Origin: Felis catus
Lineage: Eukaryota
NCBI RefSeq assembly: GCF_018350175.1
Contig: NC_058368.1
Location: forward strand, 94,366,001-94,430,000
DNA: 64,000 nucleotides
Direction of reading: 5' to 3'
Shown: positions 50,126 to 62,180 of the stretch, one piece after another
Numbering within the stretch: position 1 is the stretch's first letter
Layout of the letters: every line of letters begins with the position of its first letter
Made by a program: the position numbers and the translations under genes
The notes under the pieces: model-generated
Database searches by the model: none
What the model saw: the letters and a program-made list of their open reading frames with translations, nothing else
What the model was told of the DNA's origin: nothing

Positions 50126-51653
50126 TCAAACTTGCCAAGAGCCCAGATTTTAGTTATTTCCACCACAGAAAACAAATGATATGTGATATGGTAGAGGTGC
50201 TAACAACATTGACAATCATCCTGCATTATGTACATGTATAAAATCAACATGTACACCTTAAATTTACACAACGGTATATGTGAAATATATTTCGGTTAAA
50301 AAAATTGATAGGACTGGGAAAAGGAAAAAGAAACTCACAGACGTCTCTATTTCAGCTGTCCATATTTCAACCAGCCATTGCTTTCACCTTGAGCCCACGC
50401 ACTGTATGCTCCAAGACTGATTACCTGCATGGCCTCTAGAGTCAAATTGTCCCATTTCTAATCCTCGCATGGCCCCTTGTTAATCCAAACCCTCAGTCCC
50501 TGTGAGCCTCAATTTTCTCGTGTGTAAGTGGGAACGCCGATGGTACTTACCTCATTGAATTACTGTGATGGCTACACGAACTAATCCGTGTGTCATGCCC
50601 AGGTCACGTCAGCGCATAATGAAATCGTTGCTTTTTTTTTTTTTTAATTATTAAATTTATTTGCCTTTGCTCCAGAGGGAACTATATACAAATATAGACT
50701 GGTTAGTAAAGAGTATTTTTCACTTGCAGGGGTTTGCTCTGCTTGGCACATTGCCCTTCTGGAACCCTGTCTCTCAGTCAACCTTCCTTCACCATTCGAG
50801 CTCCTCACCACTGCTCCAACCCAGCCCCCAACCCCTACCCTGGGGTGGGAGAGGGGCTACATATTGCAACACAGAAATCAGAGTGCTTTCCACTGTAAAG
50901 CTATCTTAGTTTCAGAAGTCAGGAATTCTAATTATTATGTTTAAAACCCTCTTTGTAAATGTATCTCCCACTTCCTGCAGTTTATTTATAGGTGCTTTCA
51001 TGTTCCTGTGAAACTACAAGAGACAATAATACCCAAACCACAAAACCATTCATTCTGGAATTAACAATGCATGTGACTCTTCTTTTCCAAAGACACCCCC
51101 ACCCCATCACCACCAAATATGAAGGCTAAAATGGATTATTTTCACACTCCACCCTTTGACACTAAGCACCACCCATATACCCCAGTGAGCTGGCCCCATG
51201 CATGTGGCCTGGGCCTCCCTCAGAGAATTGTCCTGTGTTGACTTTAATTAGATGTTATTTCCTAAATATATGGTATTTTTTATACCAGTTATTTGTGGAA
51301 ACAGCAGAAGCTGGTTACTGACTATGCCTTCTACCCTTAAGCTGCCTTCTTAGTGCCCTGCGAGAGAACATACAGAATCGGGGATGCTAGGAAAAATTAT
51401 TTTTAGGGTGAAGGAAGCTCCTAAATGGCCTGATAATGCAGAAAGTCATCATCTTCTCAGTTTTCAAAGGGACCAGTGCTACCTGTGTCCTATTTGAATG
51501 AATTCCAAATGTACTTCACATCTGACTGAAGGAAAATCTAATAACCTAAACCAGTAGATTTTATTTTTTTACATTTTTTAAAAATGTTTACTGTGTGTCG
51601 ACAGTATCCCTTGAACGCCTCACCAATCACTGCTCTCCGATTCATTAATAAAC

Positions 51654-51865
51654 TTTTTTTTAATGTACATATTTTTTATTTTAGAGAGAGTGTGTGCGCG
51701 AAAGCAGAGGAGAGGGGCAGAGAGGGTGAGAGAGAGGAATCTTAAGCAGGCTCCATGCTCAGTGTGGAGCCCGACACAGAGCTAGATCCCATGACCCGGG
51801 GATCATGACCTTGAGCCGAAATCAAGAGTTGGACGCTCAACCGACTGAGCCACACAGGCACCCCT
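51654..51865 (-). mobile_element. CanSINE
   Basis: TSD gattcattaataa. Confidence 0.88.
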
Positions 51866-51914
51866 CAGATTCATTAATAACTTTAAAAAAATACAGCTGT
51901 CACCTATCACAAGC

Positions 51915-52256
51915 TGCTGTGGTCTGAACGTTTGTGTCCTCCCCAAATTCATATGTTGAAATCTAATCCCCATGGTGATGTCATGAAAAGAAGTGATGAG
52001 GTCACAAGGGTAGAACCTTCATGAATGGGATTAGTGCCTTTATATAAGAGACCCCAGACAGCTTGCTAGCCTCTTCCGCCATGGGAAGCCACAAGAAGTC
52101 TGTGACCCAGAAGAGGGCCCTCGCTTGCCCACTCCGGCACCCGGATCTTGGACCTCCAGCCTCCAGAACTGTGAGAACTGTGAGAAATAAATTTCTGTTG
52201 TTTATAAGTGACCCAGTCTGTGGTATTTGTTACAGCAGTCCAAACGGACTAAAACA
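51915..52256 (+). mobile_element. MaLR solo LTR (MLT1A/MST-like)
   Basis: tgctgtggtctgaacgtttgtgtcc...aataaatttctgttgtttataag...gactaaaaca; 5-bp flanks caagc/caaac. Confidence 0.85.
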
Positions 52257-52414
52257 CAAACCTAGTTCCCAAGAGCTTGTGAATGTTTTATGCTAGGTAG
52301 GAAAGGCATAATTGTGGACCACAGGACATAGTAAGGGAGGACAAACCTGGGGAAGCCAGAGAGGTGGAAAAAGTCAGTCTGGACACAGCTGACCAAGAGA
52401 AGATGCAACTAGAA

Positions 52415-52631
52415 CTTGGTTTCTCTACCTTGGCACTGCTGACATTGGGGCTGGATAATTTAGTGTTGTACGGCCTGTCCTTTGCCTTGTAGAATCGTTA
52501 GCCATAGTATCCCCAGCCTCTGCACATTTGGTGCTGGTAAGTAGCCTGTGTCCCAGTTGTAACAGAGAATGTCTCCAGACATCGCCTAACATCCCCTGGG
52601 CTGCAAAGTCACCCTCAGCTGAGAACCATTG
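52415..52631. mobile_element. MER20-like hAT DNA transposon
   Basis: ggtttctc...ggcactgctgacattggggctggataatt...gagaaccattg. Confidence 0.75.
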
Positions 52632-52754
52632 AAGTAGAGGATTCAGAGTTTCAGAGGAAAACTTTGCACTGTTATCTGTTTAGGCCCCTGATGGCAGTGC
52701 CACCAACTATGAGCTGCTATGAAGCATTTGTCATATTCTGTCAAGAGTTTGACT

Positions 52755-53341
52755 TTAATTTTTTTTAATGCTTATTTATTTTTGAGAAAGACAGAGCATG
52801 AACGGGGGAGGGGCAGAGGGAAAGGGAGACAGAGGATCCCAAGGAGGCCCCAGGCTCCAAGTTGTCAGCACAGAGCCCAATACAGGGCTTAAACCCACGA
52901 ACCAAGAGATCATGACCTGAGCCAAAGTCAGACGTTTAACTGACTGAGACATCCAGGTGCCCCAGGAGTTTGACACTTAAAACCCATCTCAAATTAGGGC
53001 GCCTGGGTGGCTCAGTCAGTCAAGCGTCTGACTTTGGCTCAGGTCATGATCTCGCGGTTTGTGGGTTCGACCCCTGTGTTGGGCTCTGTGCTGACAGCTC
53101 AGAGCCTGGACCCTGCTTTGGATTCTGTGTCTACCTCTTTCTCTGCCCCTCCCCTGTTCATGCTCTATCTCTCTCTGTCTCAAAATAAATAAAACACTAA
53201 AAAAAAAATTTTTTTTAAACCCATCTCAACTTGATCCCGTCTATCCACTGTAGGGCCCTGAGCTCCAGCATTTTTCAAGATACTCATCAGGAGATTATGG
53301 AATCAATTTAGTGGGTCCTAACTAGCATTAAAAAGGAAGGG

Positions 53342-53408
<67 letters not shown>

Positions 53409-54765
53409 AAAAGAGAGTAAAACATTACAGAAAATATCAGAGTATACTTTGTAAAAATAAATGATTTGTAAAACTTTCAATTATGTTTTCCTGTGTGTAC
53501 CACTGTGTTTGCTTGCTCATATTGGATATTGATATGAGATATTTTTCCTTTTTCTTTTTTAATGTTTATTTTATTTTTGAGAGAGCACAAGTGAGGGAGG
53601 GTCAGAGAGAGAGAGGGAGACAGAGGATCTGAAGCTGGCTGTGCGCTGACAGCCATGAGCCTGATGTAGGGCTCGAACTCACCAAATGTGAGGTCATGAC
53701 CTGAGCCGAAGTCAGACACTTAACTGACTGAGCCACTCAGGTGCCCCAGCAAATGGTTTTCTTACCAAGAGTTGGCAATTAAAAGAGTTTGAGAATCTCT
53801 ATTCTATTTTAACATATCCTATGCACATTTACTTCACTTCTTTTTTTTTTTAATGTTTATTTATTTTTGATAGAGAGATACAGAGTACGAGCAGGGGAGG
53901 GGCAGAGAGAGAGGGAGACACAGAATCTGAAGCAGGCTCCAGGCTCTGAGCTGTCAGCACAGGGCCCGAGGCGGGGCTCGAACTCACGGACCGTGAGATC
54001 GTGACCTGAGCTGAAGCTGGACGCTCAACTGACTGAGCCACCCAGGTGCCCCAATTTACTTCACTTCTAATGTGTGATGTATTTATTCATTTTTCATTGC
54101 TGCTCTAACAAGTTACCACAAACTTAATGACTTAAAACAGACCACTTTCTTCTTTTACAGTTCTGGAGGTCAGAAATCCGAAATCAGTTTCACTGCCCTA
54201 CAGTCAATGTGCTGACAAGGCAAGGACCCCAATCTGATAGCTAGCTGCAAGGAACTGAATTCTACCCATAACCAGTGAGCTTACAGGAGGTTTGTAAGCC
54301 TCAGAGGAGGTAGCAGATGAGATGTTGTTTGCAGCCTTGTGAGACTCTCAACAGAAAGAAGACTTAGTCAAGATGTGCCTGGAGTCCAGACCCTTAGAAA
54401 CTGTGAGTTAATAAATTGGTGTTTTAAGTCCCCAAGATTGTGGTCATTTGTTATGTAGCCTCAGGAAACTAATACAGACATTCAAGGGAATCACTAGTGC
54501 AAAAATCTAAACTATGCTGATGTAGTACCTGGATAGCAATATTAAAAGTAAGTGATTTTACGGGGCATCTGGGTGGCTCAGTCGGTTGAGTGTCCGACTT
54601 CGACTCAGGTCATGATCTCACAGCTTATGGGTTTGAGCCCCACATCGGGCTTTGTGCCTTCAGTGTGGAGCCTGCTTGAGATTTTTCTCCCTCTCTCCCT
54701 GTTCATCCCGTTTGTGATCTCTGTCTCTCTCTCAGAATAAATAAATAAACTTAAAAAAAAAAAAG
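52755..54765. mobile_element. CanSINE cluster (- 52755-52963, + 52997-53215, - 53545-53747, - 53840-54052, + 54562-54765) with MLT1 pieces at about 54075-54480
   Basis: Separate SINE head/tail sets; MLT1 motifs ttctggaggtcagaa and ggtcatttgttatgtagcc...aactaataca. Confidence 0.85.
53342..53412. repeat. (GAAA)n microsatellite
   Basis: Perfect tetranucleotide run. Confidence 0.97.
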
Positions 54766-54779
54766 CAAGTGATTTTATG

Positions 54780-55105
54780 CAATAACATGGAGAAATCTCC
54801 AAGTATTTTTGCTAAGTGACATAAACCACATCCAAAAGGCTGCATACTATAAGATTCCATTTATGTGACATCTTGGAGATGACAAAACTATAGGGATGAA
54901 GAACAGGTCAGTGGTTAACAAAGGTTGGGGGGGGTGTTGACTACAAAGGACAACAGGACGGCATCTGGGCGGCATGTGGACTATTCCCTATTGTGACTGT
55001 GGTCATAGGTACACTTCTCTATATGTTTGTCAAAGGCCATGGAACCGTATACCACACAGATAGTGACTTTTCCTTTGCACAAATTTAAACATAAATTTTA
55101 AAATT
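54780..55105 (+). mobile_element. Old L1M 3' end
   Basis: gattccatttatgtgacat...gacaaaactatagggatg. Confidence 0.7.
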
Positions 55106-55469
55106 GAGTGACTTTGAAAGAATTACAGATTCCTTACTTGGAATTCCTTGCCCTAAGGTTTTCCCTCAGCTGGGCAGTAAGAAAGGCTGAAGTTAAGAAT
55201 TCCTTGTCCCAAGATTTCAGCCACCACCGTGGGGCTCAGCTGGGAGTCATAGAGAAGGTGGCCTCCTGGGCTTGCCCTCTAAACACATCTGTCCATCTCA
55301 TGGAGTCAGAGTCCAGTGATAATGATGAATTCCAATATATGGCCTGGTGAATTTGCTGAATTTCAAAGATAAGCAAAACTGTTAGGAAACATGAATTATG
55401 TAGAAGGGCGGAAGTCAGGTTGGCTTTATATTTCTCCACAGTTGCAATGTCTAAAAATGTGTGGCAATG

Positions 55470-57230
55470 GATTAGAATTGGAGACATTAGTATGAACATT
55501 TAGTTTCCTCTAGATACAGATGGACATGTATAGTACTATTTCTAGATGCGTATATACATTAGTTGGCATGCCCACATAGTTCTTTAGTCTGTCTGCTAAG
55601 AGGGTCCAGAAGAAGCAAAAGGAAAGAAGTGCCACACCCTGGTGGCAGCGAACACACCCAGCACCCAGATCTTGGATTCTAAACACCATTCTTCAATAAA
55701 AGGGAACAGGGCTCACTGGAGAAAGGGCTGGTCTTAGGGCTGGGGTTGAGAATATACAAAATGAGCCTGGAACATGTTGTGGTGCCAGGAAGTAAGGAAG
55801 GGCTCAAAAAAGATGGTGGGTGCATGTCAAGGGGACTCAAGAGCCAACTTAAAGGGGTGCCTGCGTGGCTCAGTCATTTAAGCATTTGACTCTTGATATT
55901 GGCTCAGGTCATGATTCCAGGATAGAGATTAAGCCCCACTCTCTCGCTCTCAAAATAAATAAAATAGAGAAACTTAAAAAAGAAAGAGCTGACTGAAAGA
56001 ACTCACAGTGGCCAAACCTGAAACAATCTGAGCAATGAAATAAATAACTGAGTATTGGATTATAACCCAAAGTAGAAAATAAATATCTGAGGGGCGCCTG
56101 GATGGCTCAGTCGGTTAAGCGTCCGACTTCAGCTCAGGTCACGATCTCACAGTCTGTGAGTTCGAGCCCCGCGTCGGACTCTGGGCTGATGGCTCAGAGC
56201 CTGGAGCCTGCTTCCGATTCTGTGTCTCCCTCTCTCTCTGCCCCTCCCCTGTTCATGCTCTGTCTCTCTCTGTCTCAAAAATAAATAAAAACGTTAAAAA
56301 TTAAAAAAAAAAAAAGAAAATAAATATCTGAGTCCACCCTGACACAATGAGTGGGTAAATAAAGAAATGAGTAGAGAAATCTGCTGTACAAAGAAATTCA
56401 CACAATTCATGTAGGGTCCTCTGCTCTTGAATCAATACTCTCAAAATGTCCTATCCCTTCAGCGTGGGCTGTGCATAGTGACCTCCGTCCAGAGTACAGC
56501 ATGGAAAGAGGGGCACGGTTGGAGACCTCCCAATAAACACTGCCACTGCTATGTAATCAAGCTTGATGTCAGTGGACAGCATGAGACCTGCATGTGCTGT
56601 GGTGAGGATGGGACTTAGCCCTGGTGGTGTCCCTCTCAAGAACCCTGAACCTGATCATGAGGAAAACATCAGACAAACCCAAACCAAGGGCCAGTCTAGA
56701 AAGTAGCCTGACCCATACTCCTTCGAACTGCCAAGGTCAAAAACAAGAAAAATATGAGGACCTGTCTTGGTCCAGAGGAGCCTAAGGAGAAAGGATGTTT
56801 CAATATAATATATCCTGGATGAGGTCCTGGGACAGAAGAGGATATCAGGTAAAAACTAAGGAAATTCAAATAAAGTATGGACTTTAGTTAATAATAATGT
56901 ATTGACTCACTAGTTTTGGCAATTGTGCATACTAATGTAAGATATTGACACTGGGGACAACTTGATACTGGGTATAGAACCCTCTGTACTGGGTTGCCTG
57001 GGTGGCTCAGTCAGTTGACTGTCCGACTCTTGATTTCAGCTCAGTCATGATCCCAGGGTTGTGGGATTGAGCCCCTGCATCGGGCACCAGGCTGGGCATT
57101 CTCTTTATCCCCTTCCCTCTGCCCCTCCCCAACTCACACACACACTCTCATTCTCACTTAAAAAAACCCACCCTCTGTAGTACTCTTACAACTTTTCTGT
57201 AAATCTAAAACTACTTTAAATTTTATTTTT
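55470..57230 (+). mobile_element. L1MD-like 3' UTR interrupted by SINEs (55854-55985, 56091-56315, 56991-57167)
   Basis: cccagatcttggattctaaacaccatt, aaaatgagcctggaacat; SINE TSD agaaaataaatatctga. Confidence 0.7.
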
Positions 57231-57244
57231 TAATTGAGCTCTTT

Positions 57245-57447
57245 GTCTTTTTTAAAAATTTATTTTAGAGAGAGAGAGAGCACAAGTGGAGGAGGTGGCG
57301 GAGGGAGAGAGGGAGAGAGAGAAAGAATCTGAAATGGGCTCCACACTCAGCACTGAGCCCGACACACGGGACTGGAACTCATGGACAGTGAGATCATGAC
57401 CTGATCTGAAGTCGGGCGCTTAATCGACTGAGCCACCCAGGAGCCCC
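57245..57447 (-). mobile_element. CanSINE
   Basis: Consensus-like body. Confidence 0.88.
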
Positions 57448-58904
57448 AGAGCTCAGTTCTTTGTAGCCAAGAAAGCATATCAAAAAGCAAGCGATGAAAC
57501 TAATCCAGAGTAGAGATGGGCATCATGTGAGAGGTGAGTGTGGCTTACTACAAATAATTGCTATTTCAGGTGAACGTAACTGCAGTATGTGATGAGTAAA
57601 TGGAAAGATGACAAAACTTGAGAAGAACCACTCTACTTATTTTCCCCTGTCGCTCAAAGCAGAAAAGGCAACCAGATCTCTCAATTTCTAAATCTTCATG
57701 TTAACTGGAAGTAGTTTCTAAGGCTTTATAATTGTAGCATTGGAAGGAATATCCAAAATTGCCGAATCCTGTCCCATCACCTTGCAGATGGGGAATGGAG
57801 CATCTGTGTGCTTGGTTTTTAAGGAAACCATACAAGCCTACTTCTGCTTATAAAACAAATAAATCAGGAAGTGGATACTAATTTCACAAAATGAGCCAAT
57901 GCAGTATTCCTTTCAATGTGCTCCCCATATGCTTTTAAAGTGCAATCCAGCTTATAAAAATGGAATCCACACGCACACACATGACCTTTAGGAATTCATC
58001 TAAATTTAGCAGATAGACATTCCCAGAATGTCTAATGTGTGCAAGGCTTTGTACGGGGCACCATGGGCATCGTTGAGAGAGACACCCCCGCCTCACTGTG
58101 AAGTGTTACATGACCTTGAAGAAAACTTCATTTATCCTGGAAACATACAAAACAGGTTGTGACCATTTTCAGAAATCTTCAGAGACCAACTACAAGGAAC
58201 AAAAACCATGGTCACACCCATTTCCTGATGCCCTCCTCCTCCTCTTCAGTTCTCTCTCCGTCATTGCTCTTCTATGCGCCAGGCCAAGAGCCCACAAACA
58301 TCTGATTAAAGCGAGTCAAGAATTCCCTGGGAGGGACGGGAACTTGTCCCTGTCCTCCTCGTTTAAATACACTTGCATTTGGAGGAAGTAATGCTGAGTC
58401 TGCTCCACCCTGGTGTGACTGGGGCCCCATGTCCCTGGCAGGCCCCGTGTCCCCATATGTCCCTTGGCAAATTCTGCCTCTTCTGGGAAGACCCGTTGCT
58501 GCCTGCGTTTCAGCCTCGCCCATTCCCTCCCCTTCCTGCCAGTCAGACCCAGTTTCCTCAGCACGCAGAGAACACCCCATCGGCGGTTGCTAGAAAGGGT
58601 CAGCGCCCAGCCAACAGTTATGGGTCTGGCCCACATCCATGTGCCCTCAGCAAACTGGAAACCTCCATAGGCTTGAGCGGAAGTTAATGGAACACACACT
58701 AACCACCCTAACATTTCACAACAAGGAAGGGCTCACAGAAAACAAAATTAAAATGTTAAACTGAATTAAAAATGTCCACATGGAGACTTAAAAAAAGAAA
58801 TTGGGAGAATAACATTGACAACACAAGTGGAAAGCCCACACATCTGTTCCGGTTCTTTTAGAAAGAGCCCGCAATCTGAGAGGGATGCTCACATCCAAAT
58901 ATTC

Positions 58905-59120
58905 TTTTTTTTTTTTTTTTTAATGTTTATTTGTTTTGAGAGAGAGAGCGGGCATGAGCATGAGTGGGCGAGAGGCAGAGAGAGAGAGAGAATCCCAAGC
59001 AGTCTCTGCACTGTCAGCGCAGAGCCCAACGCGGGACTCGATCTCACCAACTGTGGGATCATGACTTGAGCTGAAATCAAGAGTTGGATGCTCAACCGAC
59101 TGAGCCACCCAGGTGTCCCT
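58905..59120 (-). mobile_element. CanSINE
   Basis: Poly(T); TSD ccaaatattct. Confidence 0.9.
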
Positions 59121-59525
59121 CATAGCCAAATATTCTGAGCAACTTGCAAACTAGAGCCGGGGAAGGAGGGGCAGAAAAAGATGTGAACTATCAGCCTGAG
59201 TATTTCACGGCTGTCCATCTCACAAATGAGCTTCCAAGACTGATAGGAATCTTTTTTCTTTTTTCTTTTTTCTTTTTTCTTTTACAAATTTATTGTGAAG
59301 AAATATACATAACATTTATCCTTGTAATATTTGTAAGCATATACTCAGTGGCATTAATTACATTCAAAATTCTTTGTACCCATTACTATGAGTTACCCCA
59401 AATTGAAAATAACCTCTGTACTCATGAAGAGTATGAGTTACATCCAGATTGAAATTGTCCGCTGCACTCTTGAAGGAATAACTCCACCTTCCCCACCCCT
59501 GACTTTAGTCCTTGGTAATCTCTCC

Positions 59526-60925
59526 TTTCTTTTTTTTTCCTTTACTTTTTAAATTTACATCCAAGTTAGTTAGCATATAGTGCAACAATGATTTCAGGAG
59601 TAGATTCCTTAGTGCCCCTTACCCATTTAGCCCATCCCCACTCCCAAAACCCCTCCACCAACTCTCTGTTTGTTCTCTATATTTAAGAGTCTCTTATGTT
59701 TTTGTCCCCCTCCCTGTTTTTATATTGTTTTTGCTTCCCTTCCCTTATGTTCATCTGTTTTGTCTCTTAAAGTCCTCATATGAGTGAAGTCATATGATTT
59801 TTGTCTTTCTCTGACTGACTAATTTCACTTAGCATAATACCCTCCAGTTTTATCCACGTAGTTGCAAATGTCAAGATTTCCTTCTTTTTGATTGCTGAGT
59901 AATACTCCATTGTATATATATACCACATCTTCTATATCCATTCATCCATTGATGGACATTTGGGCTCTTTCCATACTTTGCCTATTGTGGATAGTGCAAC
60001 TATAAACATTGGGGTGCATGTGCCCCTTTGACACAGCACACCTGTATCCCTTGGGTAAATACCTAGTAGTACAATTGCTGGATTGTAGTGTAGTTCTATT
60101 TTAGTTTTTTGAGGAACCTTCATACTGTTTTCCAGAGTGGCTGCACCAGCTTGCATTCCCACCAACAATGCAAAAGAGATCCTCTTTCTCCACATCCTCA
60201 CCAACATCTGTTGCCTGAGTTGTTAATGTGAGTCATCCTGACAGGTGTGAGGTGGTATCTCCATGTGGCTTTGATTTGTGTTTCTCTGATGATGAGTGAT
60301 GTTGAGCATTTTTTCGTGTGTTGGTTGGCCCTCCGGATGTCTTCTTTGGAGAAGTGTCCATTCATTTTTTTTGCCCATTTCTTCACTGGATTATTTGTTT
60401 TTTTGTGTGTGTTGAGTTTGATAAGTTCTTTATAGATCTTGGATACTAACCCTTTATCTGATATGTCGTTTGCAAATATCCTCTCCCATCCTGTCAGTGG
60501 TCTTTTAGTTTTGCTGATTGTTTCCTTTGCTGTGCAGAAGCTTTTTATTTTGATGAGGTCCCAATAGTTCATTTTTGCTTTGGTTTCCCTTGCCTCTGGA
60601 GATGTGTTGAGTAAGAAGTTGCTGCAGCCAAGATCAAAGAGGTTTTTGCCTGCTTTTTCCTTGAGGATTTTGATGGTTTCCTGTCTTACGTTTAGGTCTT
60701 TCATCCATTTTGAGTTTATTTTCGTGTATGGTGTAAGAAAGTGGTCCAGGTTCATTCTTCTGCATGTTGCTGTCCAGTTTTCCCAGCATCGTTTGCTGAA
60801 GAGACTGTCTTGATTCCATTGGATATTCTTTCCTGCTTTGTCAAAGATTAGTTGGCCATATGTTTGTGGGTTCATTTCTGGGTTCTCTATTCTGTTCCAT
60901 TGATCTGAGTGTCTGTTTTTGTGCC
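59526..60925 (-). mobile_element. 5'-truncated carnivore/felid L1 (ORF2 C-terminal third + 3' UTR)
   Basis: 225-aa ORF2 segment 60198-60875 (YGQLIFDK...[11 protein letters not shown]...[12 protein letters not shown]); TGA at 60198-60200 interrupts the CW-R-GC...HCWWEC cysteine-rich motif. Confidence 0.95.
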
Positions 60926-61250
60926 ACTGATCGGAATCTTTAATCCAAGTTTAGTCACCTGAGCTGGCTCTTAAAATAACAACTTATATGCATCATATTG
61001 TACTTAAATTTTTAAGTTTTGACTGTTTAATGTAAAGTTCTCTTTCAAATGACATAATCTTGTCTTTGCAAGTAATGTGCAAGAAATTGCAAGAGGCTGA
61101 GTCTCAGGCTTCTGCTTCTTCTGTCAGTGCCTAGTGCACCTAAGCAGCTAATAGTAGGTGCACAATATGAAATGGAATTTGAGTTCCTCACAAAACTAAC
61201 ATCACCCTCAGTAAAAAACTGCAATCCCCCTGTTAAAGCAGGTGCATTCC

Positions 61251-61445
61251 GGGGGGCACCTGGGTGGCTCAGTCGGTTAAGCATCTGACTTCAGCTCAGG
61301 TCATGATCTCACAGCTCGTGGGTTCGAGCCCTGCACTGGCGTTTGCAGTGACATCTGGGAGCCTAGAGCCTGCTTCAGATTCTGTGTCTCCCTCTCTCTC
61401 TCTGCCCACCTCCGCTGCTCATGCTCTTTCTCCTTAACTCTCCAG
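61251..61445 (+). mobile_element. CanSINE with degraded tail
   Basis: Clear head and (CT)n. Confidence 0.88.
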
Positions 61446-61692
61446 AAAACTACTTCTCTCTCACCTTCTTACACATCCCTGGAAGTGAACACTGTGAGCA
61501 CCTCCTCCCCACCCCTGTGATCTTCCAGTCAGTCCAGACAATCAGCTTGTGTGCAAAGGTATGGTCAAACTGATTGGAAAATACTGAACTGCTTTCATCC
61601 CTGTTGGTCAACAGACACTGCTCTGAGCCACCAAACGTTCTCCCTCTGCCATCTGTGCTCCACCCCTGGGACTCCCAGACCTCCTCACCAAC

Positions 61693-62180
61693 TGTACCAG
61701 TTTGCTAGGATGGCTGTAACTCAAGTCCACACACTGGGAGGCTTATACAACAGAAATGTGAGGTCTTACAATTCTGAGGGTAGACATCTGAAATGCAGGT
61801 GTTCCCTCTGAAGCTGTTTTTAGGGAAGGATCTATTCCAGACCTCTCCTCTAGCTTCTGGTAGTTTCCTGACAATCTTTGGTGTTTGTTGGGCTTGTAAC
61901 CTGATCAGAGATCATCACCTTGGTCTCCACCTCCATGTTCACATGGTGTTCTTCCCGTGTGAGTCTCTGGGTCCAAATTCCCCCTTTTTATAAGCACAAT
62001 AGTCATTTGGATTAGGGGTCCACCTACTCCAGTACGATGTCCTCTTAATACATCCACAGTGATCCTATTCCAAATAAGGTCACATTCTGAGGTTCTGAGT
62101 TAGGATTTCAACATATGACCCATCCTCCCCAAATTGATGTGTTGAACTTCTACCCATAACATACAATTTTACCCATAACA
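61693..62180 (-). mobile_element. MaLR solo LTR (MLT1B/C-like)
   Basis: tgtaccagtttgctagg...aacagaaat...ttccaaataaggtcacattctgagg...ttcaacatatga. Confidence 0.8.

Larger units (their letters stand above)
38583..50300 (+). mobile_element. Full-length but decayed old L1 (L1MA-like 3' end) hosting nested insertions
   Basis: 5' start tgatgtcagcatc, ORF1 remnant about 39700-40250, ORF2 remnants 40370-43435, 45497-45929 and 46574-47350, 3' UTR resumes about 49820-50300; flanks aagaattgata (38568-38578) and aaaaattgata (50300-50310). Confidence 0.8.

Noticed and set aside
336..56284. Many recurring 60-100 aa ORFs (MAQSVKRPTSAQV..., ...AVREFEPRVRLWADG...)
   Set aside because: Translations of CanSINE copies, not a gene family or repeat array
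58098..58714. Overlapping 68-132 aa ORFs on both strands
   Set aside because: No recognisable protein or exon structure, not LVRN-like; expected in locally GC-richer DNA
60198..60875. Longest ORF (225 aa)
   Set aside because: L1 ORF2 C-terminal fragment lacking endonuclease and RT domains, with a nonsense codon; inactive
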